DNA of 64,000 nt. It comes from Eledone cirrhosa. Lineage: Eukaryota. Positions within the stretch are counted from its first letter, which is position 1. Each line of letters opens with the position of its first letter. Positions 31,583-45,100 of the stretch are shown here, one piece after another. A model generated the notes under the pieces. That model was given only the letters and a program-made list of their open reading frames with translations. It was not told the DNA's origin and did no database searches. Both the position numbers and the translations under genes were made by a program. The DNA lies in contig OZ024756.1 of the NCBI GenBank assembly GCA_964016885.1, positions 5,704,001-5,768,000 of the forward strand, given 5' to 3'.

Positions 31583-32749
31583 AGTTACTATATATAGAAA
31601 GACACAGTTACTATATATAGAAAGACAGTTACTATATATAGAAAGACAGTTACTATATATAGAAAGACACAGTTACTATATATAGAAAGACAGTTACTAT
31701 ATATAGAAATACAGTTACTATATATAGAAAGACACAGTTACTATATATAGAAAGACAGTAACTATATATAGAAAGACAGTTACTATATATAGAAAGACAC
31801 AGTTACTATATATAGAAAGACAGTTACTATATATAGAAAGACACAGTTACTATATATAGAAAGACAGTTACTATATATAGAAAGACACAATTACTATATA
31901 TAGAAAGACAGTTACTATATATAGAAAGACACAGTTACTATATATAGAAAGACAGTTACTATATATAGAAAGACTGTTACTATATATAGAAATAATGTTA
32001 CTATATATAGAAAGACAGTTACTATATATAGAAAGACACAGTTACTATATATAGAAAGACACAGTTACTATATATAGAAAGACACAGTTACTATATATAG
32101 AAAGACACAGTTACTATATATAGACAGACACATTTACTATAAAATAGAAAGACAGTTACTATATATAGAAAGACGGTTACTGTATATAGAAAGACACAGT
32201 TACTATATATAGAAAGACACAGTTACTATATATAGAAAGACACAGTTACTATATATAGAAAGACACAGTTACTATATATAGAAATACAGTTACTATATAT
32301 AGAAAGACAGTTACTATATATAGAAAGACACAGTTACTATATATAGAAAGACACAGTTACTATATATAGAAAGACACAGTTACTACATATAAAAAGACAC
32401 AGTTACTATATATAGAAAGACAGTTACTATATATAGAAAGACACAGTTACTACATATAGAAAGACACAGTTACTATATATAGAAAGACAGTTACTATATA
32501 TAGAAAGACACAGTTGCTATATCCAGAAAGATACAGTTGCTATATATAGAAAGACAGTTACTATATATAGAAAGACAATTACTATATATAGACAGACACA
32601 GTTACTATATATAGAAAGACAGTTACTATATATAGAAAGACAGTTACTGTATATAGAAAGACAGTTACTATATATAGACCGCAACAGTTACTATATATAG
32701 AAAGACACAGTTGCTATATCCAGAAAGATACAGTTGCTATATATAGAAA

Positions 32750-34740
32750 GACAGTTAATATATATAGAAAGACAGTTACTATATATAGAAAGACACAGTT
32801 GCTATATATAGAAAGACAGTTACTATATATAGAAAGACAGTTACTATATATAGACAGACACAGTTACTATATATAGAAAGACAGTTACTATATATAGACA
32901 GATACAGTTACTATATATAGACAGATACAGTTACTATATATAGAAAGACAGTTACTATATATAGAAAGACAGTTACTATATATAGAAAGACAGTTACTAT
33001 ATATAGAAAGACAGTTACTATATATAGACAGACACAGTTACTATCTATAGAAAGACATAGTTACTATATATAGAAAGACACAGTTACTATATATAGAAAG
33101 ACACAGTTACTATATATAGACAGACACATTTACTATAAAATAGAAAGACAGTTACTATATATAGAAAGACGGTTACTATATATAGAAATACAGTTACTAT
33201 ATATAGAAAGACAGTTACTATATATAGAAAGACACAGTTACTATATATAGAAAGACACAGTTACTATATATAGAAAGACACAGTTACTATATATAGAAAT
33301 ACAGTTACTATATATAGAAAGACAGTTACTATATATAGAAAGACACAGTTACTATATATAGAAAGACACAGTTACTATATATAGAAAGACACAGTTAGTA
33401 CATATAGAAAGACACAGTTACTATATATAGAAAGACAGTTACTATATATAGAAAGACACAGTTGCTATATATAGAAAGATACAGTTGCTATATATAGAAA
33501 GACAGTTACTATATATAGAAAGACAATTACTATATATAGACAGACACAGTTACTATATATAGAAAACACAGTTTCTATATATAGAAAGACAGTTACTATA
33601 TATAGAAAGACAGTTACTATATATAGTAAGACAGTTACTATATATAGAAAGACACAGTTACTATATATAGACAGACACAGTTACTATATATTGTAAGACA
33701 CAGTTGCTATATATAGAAAGACAGTTACTATATATAGAAAGACAGTTACTATATATAGACAGACACAGATACTATATATGGAAAGACAGTTACTATATAT
33801 AGACATATACAGTTACTATATATAGACAGATACAGTTACTATATATAGAAAGACAGTTACTATATATAGAAAGACAGTTACTATATATAGAAAGACAGTT
33901 ACTATATATAGAAAGACAGTTACTATATATAGAAAGACAGTTACTATATATAGAAAGACACAGTTACTATATATAGACAGACACAGTTACTATATATAGA
34001 CAGACACAGTTACTATATATAGAAAGACAGTTAGTATATATATAAAGACAGTTAATATATATAGAAAGACAGTTACTATATATAGAAAGACAGTTACTAT
34101 ATATAGAAAGACAGTTACTATATATAGAAAGATACAGTTACTATATATAGAAAGACAGTTAGTATATATAGAAAGACAGTTACTATATATAGAAAGACAC
34201 AGTTGCTATATATAGAAAGACAGTTACTATATATAGACAGATACAGTTACTATATATAGACAGATACAGTTACTATATATAGAAAGACAGTTACTATATA
34301 TAGAAAGACAGTTACTATATATAGAAAGACAGTTACTATATATAGAAAGACAGTTACTATATATAGACAGACACAGTTACTATCTATAGACAGATACAGT
34401 TACTATATATAGACAGATACAGTTACTATATATAGACAGATGCAGTTACTATATATAGACAGATACAGTTACTATATATAGAAATAGTGTTACTATATAT
34501 AGAAATACAGTTACTATATATAGAAAGACAGTTACTATATATAGAAAGACACAGTTACTATATATAGAAAGACAGTTGCTATATATAGACAGACACAGTT
34601 ACTATATATAGACAGATACAGTTACTATATATAGATAGATACAGTTACTATATATAGAAATAGTGTTACTATATATAGAAAGACAGTTACTATATATAGA
34701 AAGAGACAGTTACTATATATAGAAAGACAGTTACTATATA
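32750..34740 (+). repeat. Direct copy of about 28480-30520 (offset 4278, then 4215 after loss of three 21-mers)
   Basis: CTATCTATAG at 28766/33044, GTTTCT at 29294/33572 and TGG at 29501/33779 give 4278. GATGC at 30224/34439 gives 4215. Confidence 0.8.
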
Positions 34741-36929
34741 TAGAAAGACACAGTTACTATATATAGAAAGACAGTTACTATATATAGAAATACAGTTACT
34801 ATATATAGAAAGACACAGTTACTATATATAGAAAGACAGTAACTATATATATAGAAAGACAGTTACTATATATAGAAAGACACAGTTACTATATATAGAA
34901 AGACAGTTACTATATATAGAAAGACACAGTTACTATATATAGAAAGACAGTTACTATATATAGAAAGACACAATTACTATATATAGAAAGACAGTTACTA
35001 TATATAGAAAGACACAGTTACTATATATAGAAAGACAGTTACTATATATAGAAAGACTGTTACTATATATAGAAATAATGTTACTATATATAGAAAGACA
35101 GTTACTATATATAGAAAGACACAGTTACTATATATAGAAAGACAGTTACTATATATAGAAAGACGGTTACTATATATAGAAAGACAGTTACTATATATAG
35201 AAAGACAGTTACCATATATATAGAAAGACAGTTACTATATATAGAAAGACACAGTTACTATATATAGAAAGACACAGTTACTATATATAGAAAGACACAG
35301 TTACTATATATAGAAAGACACAGTTACTATATATAGACAGACACATTTACTATAAAATAGAAAGACAGTTACTATATATAGAAAGACGGTTACTGTATAT
35401 AGAAATACAGTTACTCTATATAGAAAGACAGTTACTATATATAGAAAGACACAGTTACTATATATAGAAAGACACAGTTACTATATATAGAAAGACACAG
35501 TTACTATATATAGAAATACAGTTACTATATATAGAAAGACAGTTACTATATATAGAAAGACACAGTTACTATATATAGAAAGACACAGTTACTATATATA
35601 GAAAGACACAGTTACTACATATAAAAAGACACAGTTACTATATATAGAAAGACAGTTACTATATATAGAAAGACACAGTTACTACATATAGAAAGACACA
35701 GTTACTATATATAGAAAGACAGTTACTATATATAGAAAGACACAGTTGCTATATCCAGAAAGATACAGTTGCTATATATAGAAAGACAGTTACTATATAT
35801 AGAAAGACAATTACTATATATAGACAGACACAGTTACTATATATAGAAAGACAGTTACTATATATAGAAAGACAGTTACTGTATATAGAAAGACAGTTAC
35901 TATATATAGACCGCAACAGTTACTATATATAGAAAGACACAGTTGCTATATATAGAAAGACAGTTACTATATATAGAAAGACAGTTACTATATATAGACA
36001 GACACAGATACTATATATAGAAATACAGTTACTATATATAGACATATACAGTTACTATATATAGACAGATACAGTTACTATATATAGAAAGACAGTTACT
36101 ATATATAGAAAGACAGTTACTATATATAGAAAGACAGTTACTATATATAAAAATAGTGTTACTATATATAGAAAGACACAGTTACTATATATAGAAAGAC
36201 AGTTGCTATATATAGACAGACACAGTTACTATATATAGACAGATACAGTTACTATATATAGAAATAGTGTTACTATATATAGAAATACAGTTACTATATA
36301 TAGAAAGACAGTTGCTATATATAGACAGACACAGTTACTATATATAGAAACACCGTTAATATATATAGACAGACAGTTACTTTATATAGAAATACAGTTA
36401 CTATATATAGAAAGACAGTTGCTATATATAGAAAGACAGTTACTATATATAGAAAGACAGTTACTATATATAGAAAGACAGTTACTATATATAGAAAGAC
36501 ACAGTTACTATATATAGAAAGACACAGTTACTATATATAGAAAGACAGTTACTATATATAGAAAGACACAGTTACTATATATAGAAAGACAGTTACTATA
36601 TATAGAAAGACGGATACTATATATAGAAAGACAGTTACTATATATAGAAAGACTGTTACTATATATAGAAAGACAGTTACTATATATAGAAAGACACAAT
36701 TACTATATATAGAAAGACATAGTTACTATATATAGAAAGACACAGTTACTATATATAGAAAGACACAGTTACTATATATAGACAGACACATTTACTATAA
36801 AATAGAAAGACAGTTACTATATATAGAAAGACGGTTACTATATATAGAAATACAGTTACTATATATAGAAAGACAGTTACTATATATAGAAAGACACAGT
36901 TACTATATATAGAAAGACACAGTTACTAT

Positions 36930-38270
36930 ATATAGAAAGACACAGTTACTATATATAGAAAGACACAGTTACTATATATAGAAAGACACAGTTACTACAT
37001 ATAGAAAGACACAGTTACTATATATAGAAAGACAGTTACTATATATAGAAAGACACAGTTGCTATATATAGAAAGATACAGTTGCTATATATAGAAAGAC
37101 AGTTACTATATATAGAAAGACAATTACTATATATAGACAGACACAGTTACTATATATAGAAAGACAGTTACTATATATAGAAAGACAGTTACTGTATATA
37201 GAAAGACAGTTACTATATATAGACCACAACAGTTACTATATATAGAAAGACACAGTTGCTATATATAGAAAGACAGTTACTATATATAGAAAGACAGTTA
37301 CTATATATAGAAAGACAGTTACTATATATAGAAAGACACAGTTACTATATATAGAAATACAGTTACTATATATAGAAAGACAGTTACTATATATAGAAAG
37401 ACACAGTTACTATATATAGAAAGACACAGTTACTATATATAGAAAGACACAGTTACTACATATAGAAAGACACAGTTACTATATATAGAAAGACAGTTAC
37501 TATATATAGAAAGACACAGTTGCTATATATAGAAAGATACAGTTGCTATATATAGAAAGACAGTTACTATATATAGAAAGACAATTACTATATATAGACA
37601 GACACAGTTACTATATATAGAAAGACAGTTACTATATATAGAAAGACAGTTACTGTATATAGAAAGACAGTTACTATATATAGACCGCAACAGTTACTAT
37701 ATATAGAAAACACAGTTGCTATATATAGAAATACAGTTACTATATATAGAAAGACAGTTACTATATATAGTAAGACAGTTACTATATATAGAAAGACACA
37801 GTTACTATATATAGACAGACACAGTTACTATATATTGTAAGACACAGTTGCTATATATAGAAAGACAGTTACTATATATAGAAAGACAGTTACTATATAT
37901 AGACATACACAGATACTATATATAGAAAGACAGTTACTATATATAGACATATACAGTTACTATATATAGACAGATACAGTTACTATATATAGAAAGACAA
38001 TTACTATATATAGAAAGACAGTTACTATATATAGAAAGACAGTTACTATATATAGAAAGACAGTTACTATATATAGAAAGACACAGCTACTATATATAGA
38101 CAGACACAGTTACTATATATTGAAAGACAGGGTTGCTATATATAGAAAGACAGTTACTATATATAGAAAGACAGTTACTATATATAGAAAGACAGTTACT
38201 ATATATAGAAAGACAGTTACTATATATAGAAAGACAGTTACTATATATAGAAAGATACAGTTACTATATA
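36930..38270 (+). repeat. Direct copy of about 27060-28400 (offset 9868), ending at the A/B boundary
   Basis: GACCAC at 27354/37222, GACCGC at 27815/37683 and pseudo-ORFs 28252/38120 all differ by 9868. Confidence 0.8.
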
Positions 38271-38964
38271 TAGAAAGACAGTTACTATATATAGCAAGAC
38301 ACAGTTACTATATATAGAAAGAGAGTTACTATATAGAGAAATAGTGTTACTATATATAGAAATACAGTTACTATATATAGAAAGACAGTTACTATATATA
38401 GAAAGACACAGTTGCTATATATAGAAACACCGTTAATATATATAGAAAGACAGTTACTATATATAGAATGACAGTTACTATATATAGAAAGACAGTTATT
38501 ATATATAGACAGACACAGTTACTATATATAGACAGATACATTTACTATATATAGAAAGACAGTTACTTTATATAGAAAGACACTTACTATATATAGAAAG
38601 ACAGTTACTATATATACAAACACAGTTACTATATATAGAAAGACAGTTACTATATATAGACAGACACAGTTACTATATATAGACAGATACAGTTACTATA
38701 TATAGAAAGACAGTTACTATATATAGAAAGACAGTTACTATATATAGAAAGACAGTTACTATATATAGAATTACAGTTACTATATATAGAAGGCAGTTAC
38801 TATATATAGACAGACACAGTTACTATATATAGACAGATACAGTTACTATATATAGACAGACAGTTACTATATATAGAAAGACAGTTACTATATATAGAAA
38901 GACAGTTACTATATATAGACAGACACAGTTACTATATATAGACAGATACAGTTACTATATATAG

Positions 38965-39620
38965 AAAGACAGTTACTATATATAGAAAGACAGTTACTGT
39001 ATATAGAAAGACACAGTTACTATATATAGACAGACACAGTTACTACATATATAAAGACAGTTACTATATATAGACGGACACAGTTACTATATATAGACAG
39101 ATACAGTTACTATATATAGACAGATACAGTTACTATATATAGAAATAGTGTTACTATATATAGAAATACAGCTACTATATTTAGAAAGACACAGTTACTA
39201 TTTATAGAAAGACAGTTACTATATATAGAAAGACAGTTACTATACATAGAAAGACGGTTACTATATATAGAAATACAGTTACTATATATAGAAAGACAGT
39301 TACTATATATAGAAAGACAGTTACTGTATATAGAAAGACACAGTTACTATATATAGACAGACACAGTTACTACATATAGAAAGACAGTTACTATATATAG
39401 ACAGACACAGTTACTATATATAGACAGATACAGTTACTATATATAGACAGATACAGTTACTATATATAGAAATAGTGTTACTATATATAGAAATACAGCT
39501 ACTATATATAGAAAGACACAGTTACTATTTATAGAAAGACAGTTACTATATATAGAAAGACAGTTACTATACATAGAAAGACGGTTACTATATATAGAAA
39601 TACAGTTACTATATATAGAA
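38965..39620 (+). repeat. Tandem duplication of a 327-bp unit
   Basis: GCTACTAT at 39171/39498 and TTTATAG at 39201/39528, with the same order of CTGTAT, CTACAT and AATAGTGTT variants in both copies. Confidence 0.8.
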
Positions 39621-42199
39621 AGACAGTTGCTATATATAGAAAGACACAGTTACTATATATAGAAAGACAGTTACTATATATAGAAAGACAGTTGCTATAT
39701 ATAGACAGACAGTTACTATATATAGAAAGACAGTTACTATATATAGCAAGACATAGTTGCTATATATAGAAAGACACAGTTACTATATATAGACAGACAC
39801 AGTTACTATATATAGAAAGACAGTTACTATATATAGAAAGACAGTTACTATATATAGAAAGACAATTACTATATATAGACAGACACAGTTACTATATATA
39901 GACAGACACAGTTACTATATATAGAAAGACAGTTACTATATATAGAAAGACAGTTGCTATATATAGACAGACAGTTACTATATATAGAAAGACAGTTACT
40001 GCATATAGAAAGACACAGTTACTATATATAGAAAGACAGTTACAATATATAGAAAGACAGTTAAAATATATAGACAGACACAGTTACTATATATGGAAAG
40101 ACAGTTACTATATATAGAAAGACCGTTACTATATATAGAAAGACAGTTACTATATATAGAAAGACAGTTACTATATATAGAAAGACAGTTACTATATATA
40201 GAAAGACACTTACTATATATAGAAAGACAGTTACTATATATAGAAACACAGTTACTATATATAGAAAGACAGTTACTATATATAGACAGACACAGTTACT
40301 ATATATAGACAGATACAGTTACTATATATAGAAAGACAGTTACTATATATAGAAAGACAGTTACTACATATAGAAAGACAGTTACTATATATAGAAAGAC
40401 AGTTACTATATATAGAAAGACAGTTACTATATATAGACAGACACAGTTACTATATATAGACAGATACAGTTACTATATATAGACAGATACAGTTACTCTA
40501 TGTAGAAAGACAGTTACTATATATAGAAAGACAGTTACCATATATAGAAAGACAGTTACTATAAAGAAAGACAGTTACTATATATAGACAGACACAGTTA
40601 CTATATATAGACAGATACAGTTACTATATATAGACAGATACAGTTACTATATGTAGAAAGACAGTTACTATATATAGAAAGACAGTTACTATATATAGAA
40701 AGACAGTTACTATATATAGAAAGACAGTTACTATATATAGACAGACACAGTTACTATATATAGACAGATACAGTTACTATATATAGACAGATACAGTTAC
40801 TATATATAGAAAGACAGTTACTATATATAGAAAGACAGTTACTGTATATAGAAAGACACAGTTACTATATATAGACAGACACAGTTACTACATATAGAAA
40901 GACAGTTACTATATATAGACAGACACAGTTACTATATATAGACAGATACAGTTACTATATATAGACAGATACAGTTACTATATATAGAAATAGTGTTACT
41001 ATATATAGAAATACAGCTACTATATATAGAAAGACACAGTTACTATTTATAGAAAGACAGTTACTATATATAGAAAGACAGTTACTATACATAGAAAGAC
41101 GGTTACTATATATAGAAATACAGTTACTATATATAGAAAGACAGTTGCTATATATAGAAAGACAGAGTTACTATATATAGAAAGACAGTTGCTATATATA
41201 GACAGACAGTTACTATATATAGAAAGACAGTTACTATATATAGAAAGACACAGTTACTATATATAGAAAAACAGTTACTATATATAGAAATAGAGTTACT
41301 ATATATAGAAAGACAATTACCATATACAGAAAGACACAGTTACAATATATAGAAAGACACAGTTACTATATATAGAAAGACAGTTACTATACATAGAAAT
41401 ACGGTTACTATATATAGAAATACAGTTACTATATATAGAAAGACAGTTGCTATATATAGAAAGACAGAGTTACTATATATAGAAAGACAGTTGCTATATA
41501 TATACAGACAGTTACTATATATAGAAAGACAGTTACTATATATAGAAAGACACGGTTGCTATATATAGAAAGACACAGTTGCTATATATAGAAAGACAGT
41601 TAATATATATAGACAGCAGTTACTATATATAGAAATACAGTTACTATATATAGAAAGACAGTTGCTATATATAGAAAGACACAGTTACTATATATAGAAA
41701 GACAATTACTATATATAGAAAGACAGTTACTATATATAGAAAGACAATTACTATATATAGACAGACACAGTTACTATATATAGACAGACACAGTTACTAT
41801 ATATAGAAAGACAGTTACTATATATAGAAAGACAGTTGCTATATATAGACAGACAGTTACTATATATAGAAAGACAGTTACTGCATGTAGAAAGACACAG
41901 TTACTATATATAGAAAGACAGTTACAATATATAGAAAGACAGTTAATATATATAGACAGACACAGTTACTATATATGGAAAGACAGTTACTATATATAGA
42001 AAGACAGTTACTATATATAGAAAGACAGTTACTATATATAGAAAGACAGTTACTATATATAGAAAGACAGTTACTATATATAGAAAGACACTTACTATAT
42101 ATAGAGAGACAGTTACTATATATAGAAACACAGTTACTATATATAGAAAGACAGTTACTATATATAGACAGACACAGTTACTATATATAGAAAGACAGT

Positions 42200-45100
42200 T
42201 ACTATATATAGAAAGACAGTTACTACATATAGAAAGACAGTTACTATATATAGAAATACAGTTACTATATATAGAAAGACAGTTACTATATATAGACAGA
42301 CACAGTTACTATATATAGACAGATACAGTTACTATATATAGACATATACAGTTACTATATGTAGAAAGCCAGTTACTATATATAGAAAGACAGTTACCAT
42401 ATATAGAAAGACAGTTACTATATATAGAAAGACAGTTACTATATATAGAAAGACAGTTACTATATATAGACAGACACAGTTACTACATATAGAAAGACAG
42501 TTACTATATATACAAACACAGTTACTATATATAGAAAGACAGTTACTATATATAGACAGACACAGTTACTATATATAGACAGATACAGTTACTATATATA
42601 GAAAGACAGTTACTATATATAGAAAGACAGTTACTATATATAGAAAGACAGTTACTATATATAGACAGACACAGTTACTATATATAGACAGATACAGTTA
42701 CTATATATAGACAGATACAGTTACTATATGTAGAAAGACAGTTACTATATATAGAAAGACAGTTACTATATATAGAAAGACAGTTACTATATATAGAAAG
42801 ACAGTTACTATATATAGACAGACACAGTTACTATATATAGACAGATACAGTTACTATATATAGACAGATACAGTTACTATATATAGAAAGACAGTTACTA
42901 TATATAGAAAGACAGTTACTGTATATAGAAAGACACAGTTACTATATATAGACAGACACAGTTACTACATATAGAAAGACAGTTACTATATATAGACGGA
43001 CACAGTTACTATATATAGACAGATACAGTTACTATATATAGACAGATACAGTTACTATATATAGAAATAGTGTTACTATATATAGAAATACAGCTACTAT
43101 ATTTAGAAAGACACAGTTACTAATTATAGAAAGACAGTTACTATATATATAAAGACAGTTACTATACATAGAAAGACGGTTACTATATATAGAAATACAG
43201 TTACTATATATAGAAAGACAGTTGCTATATATAGACAGACAGTTACTATATATAGAAAGACAGTTACTATATATAGAAAGACACAGTTACTATATATAGA
43301 AAGACAGTTACTATATATAGAAATAGAGTTACTATATATAGAAAGACAATTACCATATACAGAAAGACACAGTTACAATATATAGAAAGACACAGTTACT
43401 ATATATAGAAAGACAGTTACTATACATAGAAATACGGTTACTATATATAGAAATACAGTTACTATATATAGAAAGACAGTTGCTATATATAGAAAGACAG
43501 AGTTACTATATATAGAAAGACAGTTGCTATATATAGACAGACAGTTACTATATATAGAAAGACAGTTACTATATATAGAAAGACACAGTTGCTATATATA
43601 GAAAGACACAGTTGCTATATATAGAAAGACAGTTAATATATATAGACAGACAGTTACTATATATAGAAATACAGTTACTATATATAGAAAGACAGTTGCT
43701 ATATATAGCAAGACATAGTTGCTATATATAGAAAGACACAGTTACTATATATAGACAGACACAGTTACTATATATAGAAAGACAGTTACTATATATAGAA
43801 AGACAGTTGCTATATATAGACAGACAGTTACTATATATAGAAAGACAGTTACTATATATAGCAAGACATAGTTGCTATATATAGAAAGACACAGTTACTA
43901 TATATAGACAGACACAGTTACTATATATAGAAAGACAGTTACTATATATAGAAAGACAGTTACTATATATAGAAAGACAATTACTATATATAGACAGACA
44001 CAGTTACTATATATAGACAGACACAGTTACTATATATAGAAAGACAGTTACTATATATAGAAAGACAGTTGCTATATATAGACAGACAGTTACTATATAT
44101 AGAAAGACAGTTACTGCATATAGAAAGACACAGTTACTATATATAGAAAGACAGTTACAATATATAGAAAGACAGTTAAAATATATAGACAGACACAGTT
44201 ACTATATATGGAAAGACAGTTACTATATATAGAAAGACCGTTACTATATATAGAAAGACAGTTACTATATATAGAAAGACAGTTACTATATATAGAAAGA
44301 CAGTTACTATATATAGAAAGACACATACTATATATAGAAAGACAGTTACTATATATAGAAACACAGTTACTATATATAGAAAGACAGTTACTATATATAG
44401 ACAGACACAGTTACTATATATAGACAGATACAGTTACTATATATAGAAAGACAGTTACTATATATAGAAAGACAGTTACTACATATAGAAAGACAGTTAC
44501 TATATATAGAAAGACAGTTACTATATATAGAAAGACAGTTACTATATATAGACAGACACAGTTACTATATATAGACAGATACAGTTACTATATATAGACA
44601 GATACAGTTACTATATGTAGAAAGACAGTTACTATATATAGAAAGACAGTTACCATATATAGAAAGACAGTTACTATAAAGAAAGACAGTTACTATATAT
44701 AGACAGACACAGTTACTATATATAGACAGATACAGTTACTATATATAGACAGATACAGTTACTATATGTAGAAAGACAGTTACTATATATAGACAGACAG
44801 TTACTATATATAGAAAGACAGTTACTATATATAGAAAGACAGTTACTATATATAGACAGACACAGTTACTATATATAGACAGATACAGTTACTATATATA
44901 GACAGATACAGTTACTATATATAGAAAGACAGTTACTATATATAGAAAGACAGTTACTGTATATAGAAAGACACAGTTACTATATATAGACAGACACAGT
45001 TACTACATATAGAAAGACAGTTACTATATATAGACAGACACAGTTACTATATATAGACAGATACAGTTACTATATATAGACAGATACAGTTACTATATAT

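Larger units (their letters stand above)
1..38280 (+). repeat. Satellite sub-domain A
   Basis: Diagnostic variants are confined here: GACC(G/A)CAACAG (about 24 copies, 671 to 37683), CATTTACTATAAAATAG (last near 36790), TTGTAAGAC (last near 37835), TTGAAAGACAGGG (last near 38120). Confidence 0.85.

Noticed and set aside
3367-38317. Plus-strand ORFs encoding (RKTVTIY)n and (ERQLLYI)n, 65-93 aa
   Set aside because: A 21-bp period leaves two plus frames open and puts TAG in the third, and 23-mers shift between frames. Starts are chance TTG variants, and the ORFs recur only because the DNA blocks are duplicated.
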